Translations under genes and position numbers: made by a program | Notes under the pieces: generated by a model | Seen by the model: only the letters and a program-made list of their open reading frames with translations | What the model was told of the DNA's origin: nothing | Databases searched by the model: none | Shown: one piece after another, positions 12,990 through 25,829 of the stretch | Layout of the letters: each line of letters begins with the position of its first letter | Position numbering within the stretch: position 1 is the stretch's first letter | DNA from: Lama guanicoe | Taxonomy: Eukaryota | NCBI GenBank assembly: GCA_013239625.1 | Contig: MU056050.1 | Span: 3,148,084-3,212,083, forward strand | Direction of reading: 5' to 3' | DNA length: 64,000 nt

Positions 12990-13440
12990 AGGGCACGGTT
13001 GCTGAGGGGAGAGTAGATTTACAAGCCTTTCTGGAGGGCAATTTGGCATCATGTATCAAGACTTTAAATATGCATATTCTTTGTCCAATAATTATGCCTA
13101 TGGGAATTTATCATTAGGAAATGATGTGTGTGACAATGCACATAAGGAATTGTTCAGTGCAGTGTTATTTATAACTGCAAAAATTAAACACCCAAATGCT
13201 CACTAATAGATATTTGGATAAGTAAATTATTTTATAAACACAGAATATTATACAACCATTACAAATTGCATTGTAATAGAGTATCTATTCACTAGAAAAA
13301 GTGTTTACAGATATCACCAAATTAAAAAAGGTTGGCTTCAAAACAGAATGGGCAATAGAATACAATTTTTAAAATAAAATATATATGCTCATGGAAAAAT
13401 AATAATTTGTGTTACCTTTGGATAGCAGGGGTATTTTTTT
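12990..13440 (+). mobile_element. Ancient L1ME-type fragment
   Basis: 'ctttctggagggcaatttggca...tgcatattctttgtcca...tgggaatttatc...tgttcagtgcagtgttatttataactgcaaaa' resembles the L1ME ORF2 end and 3' UTR. Confidence 0.7.
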
Positions 13441-13569
13441 TTTTGAAGGTTTCTTTCTTGAGCTTGTATTGTTCTTGTAACTAGTATCAAAAAGATTGGG
13501 GGTGGGATGAGTGGGAAAAAAATGCAGTGACTAAGACCAACCACATGCATAGCTGGTTCTATTTATGTG

Positions 13570-14340
13570 AACATGATTTATTGAGCACCTAGTAAGGCCA
13601 GGCACCAAAGTAGGCACTTTAGATGCAATACTTTGATCCTCATATATCTGTGAGGTTGATATTATTATTATAACTTACAGATGGTGAAACAGAGACCAAA
13701 AGAGGTTTAGTAGAATCAAAGTGGTAAAGATAGTAGTTATCATAATAATGATAATAAGAGGTAACAGTAAGTGCTAACTTGTGCCAGGCGTTGTTCTAAA
13801 TAATTCATAAAGCATTATATCATTTAATCTTCACAACAACCTCATTACAGTAAGTACCTACATTTATAAATGAGAAAAATCAGTGCATAGAGAGATTAAG
13901 TAATTTGTTCAGGGTCCCACAGCTACAAACTGGTAAAACTGACTTTCAAACCCAAACAGTCTGGCTCCAGAGCCATTGCTTTTAACCACGACATTAAAGT
14001 ATACTATACCATGGTTATATAGTTTGTGGACACCTGAAGGCACTTTGAATCCAGGCCTTGTAGGGTATAGAAGAAGCCTGCTTTGTGTTGATTTTGGCAT
14101 GTGGGTGATACTGGATTGAGCCTCACTTTCCCCCGGTTTCCTTTGGGACCAATGAGAAAAATGTGAGGGCAGTAGTCACAGAATCACAGAATTAGAAGAG
14201 ATCTCAGAAAATCATCTAGCAGCCCAACACTTTAATTTTGCATTTAGAGAGATGGAGGTCCAGAGAACGAAAGTGAATTACCTAAAAGGAACATCAGTAG
14301 TTAATGGCATGAATGTACTTGGAATCAGGGACTTGCAAAA
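13570..14340. mobile_element. Cluster of MIR/MIR3 SINEs
   Basis: Cores 'ttacagatggtgaaacagagacc', 'agagagattaagtaatttgttcagggtcccacagcta...ctggctccagagcc' and 'gaagagatctcagaaaatcatctag'. Confidence 0.7.
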
Positions 14341-16364
14341 TAGTATACTGCCATTGCCCTGTGCTACCTACAGTCTTCACTGGGTTACCACCAGGTTCTG
14401 ATCTCCTGAGTTAACTGACCCGGGCTAAATAAATACAATCTGCTCAAATAGTACTACATAATACATAATCTATTTTTCTATATGTCACATATTCTCATAG
14501 TAAGTTTTAAAGACCGTCTTAACAATTTGAGTGAATGGGAAACCATCAGAAAGAAGCTAGTCTTTAGTTGTTAAGAATGTAAAGGAGTTATTGCTGCTTC
14601 TAAAGGCACTGAATGTACCCTAGAATGGAGAAGCCATATCTAGTAGAAATCAGAATAAACATATTTTATTGAAAAAGTGACTCATTGCATTGTGTTCCTT
14701 CCATTTGACTGTACTCCCTCTGTAGTCCCTGAAATAATCACCTCCATGTCATAAGGAGGTGGATTTCTTCTTTAATGTCTGGTTAGCTCTCCCAGCCTAT
14801 GTTTTCCCTTTGGCCATCTAATTTACTAGTGAGCAAGAAGTGTAGCAGTTTACAGACAGAAGGGTGGAGAAGCCTCCCCATCTCCCCAACCAAGGCTCTG
14901 TGATTCTCTGGAGGTGATAAAATGTCACTTAAGGTATAACTGATCCTATACAGCAACACTCTGATACGATCCTACAGGATAAAACAGAAACCGAGCCGTA
15001 TGTGGCTCTTTTATTCAATGTTGGGAGATAAAATCTTCGATCCTTTACATATTTATGAAGGAGAACAATTGGATTTTTGAGACAATGTAAGTGGCCTCAT
15101 ATGTTGGATATTGATTTGGTTTGGTATATCATTAAGAGGTAGAAGAAAGACAAAGAAAGACAGAGAATTGTTGGCTATTATGACGGCAATTACAAGCAAT
15201 AATCAATATCCCTGAGCACTGTAATTTCATCCTGATATACACCAAAGGATTTCCAAATGCAGTTTCATAAGTAAAATATTACAGTATAATGAATAAATTC
15301 AACAGTCGCAGCAGAGCAACATTTAAACTAATTCATATTTGAGTGGAATCCAAATCACAGTCCTCAGTGAGGGTAGACAATAAAATGAGTTCATATACTA
15401 AGGTCCCTGTTTTCTTATTAACAAGCTGAGATTAAGATTCTCTGCTAAAAGTGATCTATACTTTGATGTGCATCATGAAAAACAGCAATGCAAATGCTAT
15501 GTGTTGTCAAAGGCTTTGCAGTCCATTGTTGGAAAGCGAAACTACTGCCTAAATGTGTTTTCATAGTCCCTGAAAAAAGTAGGCGCATAAAGACAAATGC
15601 GCAGTGCTAGACTTCAGCTATGTGCCCATAAAATCAGATCATCTGTCTAAGCACATTGCTTTTCCCAGGGGACCCGAGGATATACTAAAATGTTGCTATC
15701 AATTTCATACAATTGGGTTTTTTCCACAGAGGAAATGATAAAAATGCAGTTCAAGAGTTTATGTGTAAGTAGTACTCTCCTTTGCATCTGTTTTAATATT
15801 CAGGTTCAAATTTAAAAAGGAAAAGCAAGATACTGCCAAAAGAAAATGGGCATATAAGAAAATTGAAAAAAAAAAAAAACCTTCAAGACTGATGAGACCC
15901 AGTGGTGGTAAATGGGAATATAATAAATGCTCCTGTAAGGATTTTAAAATCATCTATAAAAAAGGGGAAAATGTACTCTCTCCTTTTAAACCCCTCATAC
16001 TACATAATTCTGAGGGTATCTGCTGGCACTAAATAATGTGATTTAATATGGCACTTAAAATTCTATAGGAAAAAGACAGAAATCTACAGCTTTCTAACAA
16101 CAGATGCATAAATAACCAATGAATTTTTTCTTTTACATGTTGTAAACATACTTATGAGATGAATTTCTAATCCTTCATTCCCTTAGCTACAAGCGTGAGA
16201 CTCATTTTTACGCCCAGAGGAAGATATTCAACTTACTTCCAGTGAGAAGCTGAGGTTGATTTAAAAAAAAATAAAAAAGAAGACTACAATGAAAAGGCCC
16301 TGAGTCAAGTTATGAGGGCTAAATCACATTCAGATAGGATAGTGGAATTTAAATATTTATTCTT

Positions 16365-17186
16365 TTAAAAAAGTTATTAAACACATTTTTATTGAGATAA
16401 GAAACACAAAATTTACCATCCTACATCATTTTTACGTGTATAGCTCAGTAGTGTTAAGTATGTTCACATTATTGTCAAACAAATCTCCAGAACTTCATCT
16501 CGCAAATCAGAAACTCTATACCCACTAAACAACAACTCCTCTTCCTCAGCCCCTGGGGGTAACCACCATTCTACTTCCTGTTCTACGAATTTGCCTACTT
16601 TAGATATATAAGTGGAATTATACAGTATTTGTCTTTTTGTGACTGGTTTATTTCACTTAACATAAATGTCCTCAAGGTTTTTCCATGTGATAGGATTTCC
16701 TTCCTTTTCAAGGCTGATTAATATTCCATTGTATGTATATACCATATTTTGTTTAGCCATTCATCTGTTGATGGTCATTTGGATTGTATCCACTTCTTGG
16801 CTACTGTGAATAATGCTGTTATGAACATAGGTGTACAAATATCTCTTTGAGATCCTGCTTTCACTTCTTTTGAGTGTATACCCAGAAGTGGGATTGCTGG
16901 ATCATTTGGGAGCTCTATTTTTATTTCTTTGAGGAACCTCCATACTGTTTTCCACAGTGGCTGTATCATTTTACAATCTGACCAACAGTGCAAAGGGTTC
17001 CATTTTTCCACATCCCTGCTAACACTATTTCTTGTCTTTTTGATGATAACCATCCTAATGGGTGTGAGGTGACAGCTCACTGTGGTTTTGATTTGCGTTT
17101 CTCTGATAGTAAGTGATGCTGAGCAGCTTTCTATATGCTTGTTGGCTGTTTTTTATATCCTCTTTGGAGAAATGTCTATTCATAGG
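16365..17186 (-). mobile_element. 5'-truncated L1 (L1MA/MB-type) with ORF2 C-terminal remnant and TSD
   Basis: ORF 16775-17080 gives [12 protein letters not shown]...[37 protein letters not shown] (L1 ORF2p C-terminus). Direct repeat tatttattctt at 16354-16364 and 17187-17197. Confidence 0.9.
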
Positions 17187-18239
17187 TATTTATTCTTATG
17201 CCTCCAAAAGCATGAGAAAATAAAAGAAAATGCCATGATGGGTCAGCCCCATTTTCTTCTCTGACAAGAATATCTAGTGTCGCTTTGTGGAAAAGCATGG
17301 TTACTGACTGGCAAAATATCAACTTCAACATCTTCTAGTTTTTTCATAATAGCCTATTTGTGACAGTCCTTCTTAGGATAAATACTTTTAAAATGAGTAT
17401 TTATCCAAACTCTTTTTGAGCCTAAATGGTATTATCAGCTTGGACAACCTCCTGGAGTAACAAATTGTATTTTTTTTATTAACAGCTACTCAAAGGAAGA
17501 TTTCATTTTATTTATTCTAGGATCCTTTCTTCCAAATTTTAAGCCACTCCTGTCCCTATGTCCCATCCAAACCGTATATACCAAGTGTTCATAAAAAGTC
17601 TACACTCTCTCCATGTTGTTCATAATTTTTAAGAGTTTTTTAAAAAATAGTTTCAGGGTATCTATCTAAACCTTAATTTTTCTAGGCTTAAGCCTTAGTT
17701 CTATTTAGATGGCAATATTCTATGGTCTAAATTGGTATTCTTGTGATTTTCCAAGTTGGGTAGTTAGTAGCTAATGAGAGAGCACTTTAAAAAGTATTTT
17801 TTGTGGCTATTATTCCCTTTTCTCTTTTAATCAGAAATAATATCTGCCTTACCTCCTCAACTGCCTCTGGACTGTATATTCCTTGAGGGTAGGGACCAAA
17901 TCTTAATTTTTAGGTTCACTGTTTCATATTTCAAAGTACTCAATGAATATATATTGATTTGCATGATGTTTCTGCTTCTTCTAAAAGGCTCTTGATTCCC
18001 CGTGCAAAATGAATGAGGCTTGGGGACTCTAAAATAACTGTTTTACATGTGAGCAAATATCTCTTAGTTTACTGAATGTAAAAGGACAATTATAAGCTTT
18101 CATTTTCACATAATCTAAAAGAAACAAATATATCAAAGAAATGGTTGATTCACACTTCATCTCCTTTCGTGAGACATTTGGGTAATGAAAGAATTATTGT
18201 TAATAAAATACTAATAACTAGAAATAGTTGCTGTTGATG

Positions 18240-18600
18240 ATAATGGTGACAGCAACGACCATTTACTGAAATCTACTATGTGCTAGGCATTCTGCTAAAA
18301 TAATTTGTGGGTTTTTTTCTCACTGAATACCCACAATAACCCTATAAGATAGATGATACTATCCATATGTCATAGTTGAGGAGGCTGAGGTTTAGCAATT
18401 AAGTTTAAGTAAATTTCCCATGGTCACACTACTGGTAAGTGATGGAGCTGGGAATCTACCTCGGTTTTGTTGATTACTAGAATGTAAGCTACATGAGAGT
18501 AGAAAGGTGTGTCTTATTTACTGTTGTATCCCTAGCATCTAGAATGGTGCCCAACAAACAGTAGGTGCTCAATAAATATTTTTAAATTCATTCATGAAAA
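18240..18600. mobile_element. MIR followed by an L2 3' end
   Basis: 'ctactatgtgctaggcattctgcta...gaggaggctgagg...ggtcacactactggtaagtgatggagctgggaat' then 'ctagaatgtaagctacatgag...cagtaggtgctcaataaatattt'. Confidence 0.75.
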
Positions 18601-18987
18601 ATGAAACCCATTTACTTAACCACTGTGCACATACTAACTCACGACATCCCTGATATGATTCCTAATGTTAATCATTAAGGTAATAAAATCACCTTGAATC
18701 ACATGAGCATCTGGCAGGTCTCTTTTCAAAATGAATATATATATTCATTTTGAATATAAGCTTATTATTCCACTGAATATGTTTTTAATGGAAATATTTA
18801 TTGCAACTCTTAATTACAGAAATGACATAATGATATGAGGATACATATTACAAAAGTGAACTGTCATGTCTCCCTGTTTAGAATACATCAGAACATTATT
18901 CATGTAATGGTGTAACAGACTTTTCTATATAAATTAAACATTTCTGCAACAAGACATTTAGAGATAAGTTGGAGCCAGTAAGCCTGG

Positions 18988-19003
18988 CACACACACACAC
19001 AAC

Positions 19004-19034
<31 letters not shown>

Positions 19035-19037
19035 CAC
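18988..19037. repeat. Compound (CA)n/(TA)n microsatellite
   Basis: cacacacacacacaacatatatatatatatatgtatatatatatatacac read directly. Confidence 0.9.
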
Positions 19038-20304
19038 TAGAGAAAGAAAATATTATAGATTTTATGACGTTTCACCAAGATGCTTTAGTAGACTCCAAAA
19101 TAAATGAAAATAAACAACTATCCTCCACTTTATAATAGTGCCCTTTCAAGTCACCCTCTCTCTCATTCTCTTTCTCTAAGTTAAAGCCATGCTATGTAAA
19201 TGTAATTTAAATTTAAAAATTGATATTAAAAAATCCTACATGAGTTAAAGGGTAAATATCAAATTAATATTTTCTATTAATGTAAATGTTCCTGTATTAA
19301 AGATCTCAGGCCAATATATAAACATTATTTACTTAGATTAGTAAGCTTACCATTTTTTCATTCTCTTTATATTTAACAATAGTGTAGGTCCTGAGATATG
19401 GTGTGGAAGCCATAATCCTTTCAAACTAGAAACAATTTGGAAAGCTACTGATGGGTAAGACTTTCAGTCCTCCTATATGATTTTATACATCTTCTTTATG
19501 GAGGTATAACGAAATGCCACCCCATAATGTTCAAGAGTTCATTTCCCAACAGGAACCACTGTAAACAGGAACAAACATGGAATCCAGGCAAAATTTATAA
19601 GCATACATTTAAAATTAAACCAGATCCCAAATTTTCTAGAATTGGAAAAAAAAACATTCATTTTGCAAAGAAATTCAATTATATTTCCCTCTGCAAAAGC
19701 TAAAAGTCTGCTTTGAATTTTACTCACAAGAGCAACCTGCTGATTTTATAGACTTGGTCTTTACTGGGTACTTGGCTTATTTATTTATTTTTCTTTTTAG
19801 AAGAGTGGGTAGTGAGCAGAGTATTATATACTTTGATTACCTTTTTATTCATCCTCATTTCCCACAGAAAGGTATTATCCTCATTTATTTTATGAGCCAG
19901 TTGACATGGTATACTTTTCTGTATCATTTGCTTTTATTGAATTGTAATCTATATTAGCAAGGACATTTTCTTTAAAGAAAGAGTGTTTCAAGTAATTACA
20001 AAGGAGTATAATAAAGACAGAACCTAAGAGTTTCCCACTAGGCTCTTCAGGTTGGAAATCTAGAGTATTATTCTAATGCAATTTTTGAAGGATGTTGATC
20101 AACATTTGCTTTCATTTCTCTGAAAGTGTTACTCAAACATGTATATTAAAGGCAATAATGTTTTATAACGTCACAAAATAACATAAGAAATACCACTCAA
20201 ATCAGTTCTCTAACCTGTCCAGCATAACATTTCTCTAAGGGACAAATTGGCAAAGGGCATGGTGGTCCTCTGAAATATCAGCCTCAAAATCAAAGATATG
20301 GCCT

Positions 20305-20560
20305 GGGGCAGAAACTGTGCTCCTCACCAGCATTCATGTGCTCCTTTTCTCCTGGGCACGCAGATAGACTACATTTCCCAGTCACCATTTCCATTAGGTA
20401 TGGTCATGTGACTGAGTTCTGGCTAATTAAATGTGAAGTGTGAGCAAAAGTAGTGATTGACATTTCCAGTCTTCAGCTCTAAAAACTTCCAATTCATGAT
20501 CCTCAATCTCCTTCCCCATTCACTGGTTGAAAGAGAGCAGATTAAAATATGGAAGGAGTC
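20305..20560. mobile_element. MaLR (MLT1J/K-like) LTR fragment
   Basis: 'agactacatttcccagtcacc...taggtatggtcatgtgactgagttctggctaat' is a typical MLT1 motif. Confidence 0.7.
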
Positions 20561-20679
20561 TAGTCCATTCACCCCATGGAATGTCATAAAGTCATAACAG
20601 ATATTAAGAATTTTTAACCACATAAGCATATTAGATATGCTGATCTTTGTCTCTCTGTACAGAGCCCTGGACAGAGAAT

Positions 20680-21180
20680 GCTGATCCATGGCCTTCCCAA
20701 ACCCAATCCCCACTGCTTGCAGTCAAGGTAAATTGGACCAGAATTTGGATATCCAACCTCAGAGAATCAATCATATTCTTTCTCCTGCTCCTCCTCTCTC
20801 TCTGACTCTCTCTTTATCTCTGTCCCAGAAATCTAGACACAGAAACTAGTCAGGTAGGGAAGTCAAGATGCAAGGTCATTTTGAGCCAGACAGAGCTGGA
20901 ATTACAGCATATTAAGGGAACAGATAAAAGAAAAAAACCCCACCTTGAATGAAGCCTGAGAATCAAGCATATGTGTGGAGAGAAGCAGAGATGAGACATC
21001 ATGTGGCTCCAAAAAAAAAGAGAACAATGGAGAGAGTTCCATCTCTCATCAGGCCTGGCTCTACTCACTATCCTTTCCTTTCCCTGTGAGATTATTCTAT
21101 ATCGTTTTTAAAAACCTTCTTTATATTTGATTTGGTTTTAAAGTACTTCTGTTCCCATTAACCAGGTAATTTCTAAGACA
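20680..21180. mobile_element. Old ERVL-type (LTR16/LTR33-like) LTR remnant
   Basis: General resemblance, including the terminal 'ttgatttggttttaaagtacttctgttcccattaaccag...ctaagaca'. Confidence 0.4.
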
Positions 21181-22113
21181 ATAAGCAATTTTCCATGTTG
21201 GGGAAAAAACCCCAGCATTCATATATACAGCACAACCACCACTATGTGCTGTCTCCTCCATCACAAAAACAAAAACATTCATATTTACAAATCCCTACTC
21301 TACAGAGATCTGACCCTGAAGAAAATGTATGGAAATCTTAATAGTAACTATCTTTCGGTGACAGAATTTGTAGATTTTTTTTTCCTGATTTCCTGTGTTT
21401 TCCCTATTTTTGAAATGAAGGTCTACTCCTTCTGTAAGATCCTTCATGGCCTGGCCTCTGCAGGCCTCTCTGTCTCACCACTCCAATTGCCTCCCATGCC
21501 ATCTAAGCTCTGGCCAACCTAGGTCATGTGCAATTTCTCAAATGTGCCATTTTTTTAGGCTTCTATGTCCTTAGGTAAGACTTTTACAAAGAATAATTTT
21601 ATCAATCAGAAGAGCTAAGAAATGCCTGAGAGTAGTGTAGATATAAAGACAGGAAAGAGAGAATAAAGGAAATATAGGAAGATTGAAGAGTGTAGGGGAA
21701 GAGAAAGGAATAGAATAAGAAAGGAAATCTTATAGACAGGTGGATGATAGATGGATAGACAGATATGGTTATATAAGCAAAGGTAGGGGATCATTTGTTA
21801 GTGGCTTTGGGGGTCACTCTGGCTTCCCATGCTGTATAGGCTGTCTAGAGCTGATCTATTAGTCAACAATGATACACTCAACTTTTTCCAGCTTTTTGCA
21901 TTTCCAGAAAACAAGCCAATTAATATATGTACAAACTGGTATGCATTCAATGTGTCAAGAATATATTCCTCTTGCTTCAGATTCTCACATAGAAATGCAG
22001 GATATGAGAATTTAATTGGGGATAAAATTATATAAGGAGTTGCCATGATATTAAAAGGAAACCAATTGGCAGGGGGCAGAAAACTTACAACTAAATGGAT
22101 TTAGTTTAGTGGT

Positions 22114-22451
22114 TGTTTTAGTCCATCTGTGCTGCTATTACAAAATACCATAGATAAGGTGGCTTATAAACCACAGAAATATGTTTCTCACAGTTTTGGA
22201 GGCTGGAAGTCCCAGATCAGGGAGCCAGCCTCTTCTGGGTTGCAGACTGCCAGCTTCTTGCTGTGTCCTCACGTGGTGGAAGGGGGTAGGGAGGAATCCG
22301 AGGTCTCCTTTATAAAAGCACTAGTCCCATTCAGGAGAGCTCCACCCTCAGGACCTAATCACCTCCCCAAACCCCACCTAATGCCAATGCCTTGGGCATT
22401 AGGTTCTCAACACGTGAATTTGGGAGAGATACAAATATTCAATTTATAGCA
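22114..22451. mobile_element. Complete solo MaLR LTR (MLT1A-like) with 5-bp TSD
   Basis: TG...CA termini; body 'aaataccatagataaggtggcttataaaccacagaaat...tctcacagttttggaggctggaagtcccagatcagg'; TSD gtggt at 22109-22113 and 22452-22456. Confidence 0.9.
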
Positions 22452-22639
22452 GTGGTTTCCACCCCAAATTATGTTATAGACTGGTGAATTATTATCTGGA
22501 TCCTTCAACAAAGGCTTCCAAAGAAAGGAATAAGAAGAGGAAAGGCGGGAAGGGAAAAAGAAATTGCCAGAGTCTGAAGAGGAGTGTGTAAAGTGAGCAG
22601 GTCAGGAAACACAGATCTTGTCTCACAAAGAATCTAAAA

Positions 22640-22853
22640 CAGTGTTTATCAACTGGGGACAATTGGGCCCACGGGGGATGTTTGGTAGTGCCTGGGGACA
22701 TTTTTGGTTGTCACAACTGAGGAGGGGGTGCTACTTGCATTTAGTGGGTAGAGGCCAAGGACGCTGCTGAACAGCCTGTAATGCGCAGGACAACCCGCAC
22801 AACAATGAGTTACCTAGGCTGAAACATCGACATGGGCAGGTTGAGAAACCTTG
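22640..22853. mobile_element. Near full-length MER20 (hAT-Charlie) with 8-bp TSD
   Basis: 'ggggacatttttggttgtcacaactg...tagtgggtagaggccaaggacgctgct...ggttgagaaacc'; flanked by atctaaaa (22632-22639) and gtctaaaa (22854-22861). Confidence 0.9.
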
Positions 22854-24254
22854 GTCTAAAACTACTCCTCCGATTGGAACATGCAGTTTTGAAGTATTGC
22901 ACAACCTTATGGGAGGGAATCTGTCATTCTTTAAAAACGTCCAGAAAAAGACTGTCTTGCCAGGCACTCATGATCCTATCTTCCTCCCCAGGCTCATAGC
23001 TGTTCCTCCCTTGAGATCATCTGCACTTGGGATTGTTCTATTATCTGAATACTCTGAACCCGAGGGCCAGAGAGCATACACAAGTCACCCATAATTACCT
23101 CAAACATCTACCCGTGCTGACCAAACAAGAAACTCTTTATAAAATATGGAGAATAAGAAACATTTTCTACTTTCAATTTTTCAAATTGCTTTTCAAATTG
23201 TACCTCTCATGAACCTATCATGAGGCATAAATACAAAACCTGAATTACTGATTAAAACATGCAGAATATATAATAATCACAGCAGTTGAAACAACATTAA
23301 CTCCCATCAGGTTAGGCTACCTAAGAAACAGTCAGATTCAGCTTTGCATCATGCTCCAAACTCAGTGACTATAATCCCACTTGAGACAGGAGAATTTGTG
23401 GGAAATGGACCTTAATTCCACAGAAATGTTCTCTCCCTGGTTCCCTGCCATGTAGATTTGAGAGCATGAAGGAGAAACTCATTGGTTCACTTTAATTATT
23501 CAGAGACAACACTCAGGTTAAGATCAACACACAAGAGAAGATCAACTTAAAGAGTATAGTGATTTCATATACTTCTTCAACCTCTAAATATGTATCTCCA
23601 TTTGGCAAATATAAACTTGAATCTATTTTCTCTCTGCATCATTGTCAATACTCAGAAAAAAAAATCATCATGAATTTAGAGGATGCAACATAGAGGTGGC
23701 TGGTTGGAACTTAAACTCAAACCAGATTGTATTTTTACCTTTGAATCAGAAACACAAAATGAAGTTATATTTATTTCACAATTAGACAGAGAATTACAAT
23801 ATGAAAGAAAACATTGAAACTACTGCAGCTTCACAATGACCCAAGGCAAAATAAATTTCTATATAAGGTGTTGAATCTTGCCTCTATGAAGGCTTTTGTT
23901 CTTAAATTCATTTGTTCAACAAAGTTTTATTGAGCACCTATTGTGTATCAGGCAAAATGTAATCCTAAACTAATCTCATGCTGGACTAAAATAGCCTTCT
24001 TAACTACACCTGCCTGCCATTATCTCTACCCTCTGAAGACAGGGATTTATAGTGTCTTCCTCATTTCCTCTTGGCTACTGGAAATTCTGAAAGGAATCAT
24101 GATTGCTCAACTTAAGTTTATCCAACTTGTTTGGGGACCTCACCTAGAATTAGTAATCCTGCAATTAATTAATTAGAATCCAACTAACTGGAAAGGTCAA
24201 TAGAATAGGATGCTTTCAATAGAGGGGCAAGTGACAAGAAGGCAAGCCATAGAA

Positions 24255-24440
24255 TAACAGAGTAAAGCCAGAAACGACCTCAAAGATCATTTAGCTTTAT
24301 TCTCTCATCTGATTTTTGAGTAAAAGGAGGTTGAGAGGAAGAAAGAGACATTATTAAGGTCACACAATTATTTAGTGGCGGAATTGGAACCAGACTCAAG
24401 ATTTTTCACTCTAAATCCAATATTTTTTCAACTACTCACA
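24255..24440. mobile_element. MIR3-like SINE
   Basis: 'gacctcaaagatcatttag...aaggtcacacaattatttagtggcggaattggaaccagactcaag'. Confidence 0.6.
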
Positions 24441-25829
24441 AGAGGCCATTCAAAATTTGCAAAAGATATCCTGGGACCACTAGACATTATGTTCCCTCTA
24501 TAGCATCTTCTATACCTAGCGTGCTGTACAATCAAAAATCATGTTCAAAATGACAACCCTCACTTACTATAAGATGTTCAATTATAAAAGATTAATTATG
24601 ATCATTTGGATTAAAATGGAGAGTAGATTCATATTTAAGAATGATTTTCAACAAGAATGGTAATTTAAAAAAAGTTCTATTTAACCTTAAGCTACCATCA
24701 AATCCAATTAACCAGAACCCCCAGTTTTCTGAGCATTTAGGCTCATCAAGATTTTAATATAAATAGAATAAAACTTAGATTATGTCTCTAGGGAGGGAAA
24801 TTTAACTGAACTATAAATATTCACTGAAAGACAAAAGGGGATGACTTGGGGTTCTTTATGTTCCGGAGAAAAATTGTGATAGTACAAAGAACATTGGATT
24901 GGTTGCACAGATACTTGCATTGTAGCTCCAAACCTTGCACAAAACTGCCATATGGACACATTAGTAAAATTTCCCAAGACACAGTTTCTTTATGTTTAAA
25001 CTGGGCATAATTTCAATTATGTCTGCATCCCAGAGTTGTTTAGAGTTTAAGATGAGATAAATGAGTGGAAGGACTTTGGACAATAGAAAATTATATACAC
25101 ATACTTACATATGGAAATATGTCTACATGCACACACACATGCACATATATACAATATATCACCTAAAATCTGAGTCTTTTGAATATGACAAATAAGGAAA
25201 ATATTTAGCTATAAGTGTATCTACTAAAAAAGCGACATTCTGTATGGTAAGTGACAAAATTGGAAAGATCTGACTGTCATAGACAAAAAAAACCTCTTAA
25301 TTGAAAGGTTGAATGGTGGGGGAAATGGCAGATTGCAAAGATTTTATACCAAAAGAAAATCAATTTACTTCAGAAGCTAGTATAATACCACAAGTGGAAA
25401 GAATCAATGGTATCTGTGTTTTTATGTTATATACGATATTCTGGTATTTCAACAGGAAATAGTCATAAGTTAGCATTTATGTTGCCAATAGAAGCCTTGT
25501 GCATATTATGTCATTATTAAGTATCTTCATCTGTAACAGGGTATGCCAGATGGAGACCAGAAGTCTAAATTACAATGGGTTGGCCAATGATAGCTGCTTC
25601 TCCTTGGAAATATGACTTATATTTGAGAGTCAACTTTAAATAAGCGTGGTGTAATACCTCCCTCTAGTATGAGATTAGCAAAGACAAACACTTTGCATCT
25701 AAGGGAGGTATTATTCCCCAAAGGCAGTGTCATTATCAGTTGTATGCCCTTGTTGAGACTTGATAACCCAGGAAGCCTGTCCCACTGTGTGGGATCATGC
25801 TGTTTTCTTCAGCATTATGTGACCATCTC

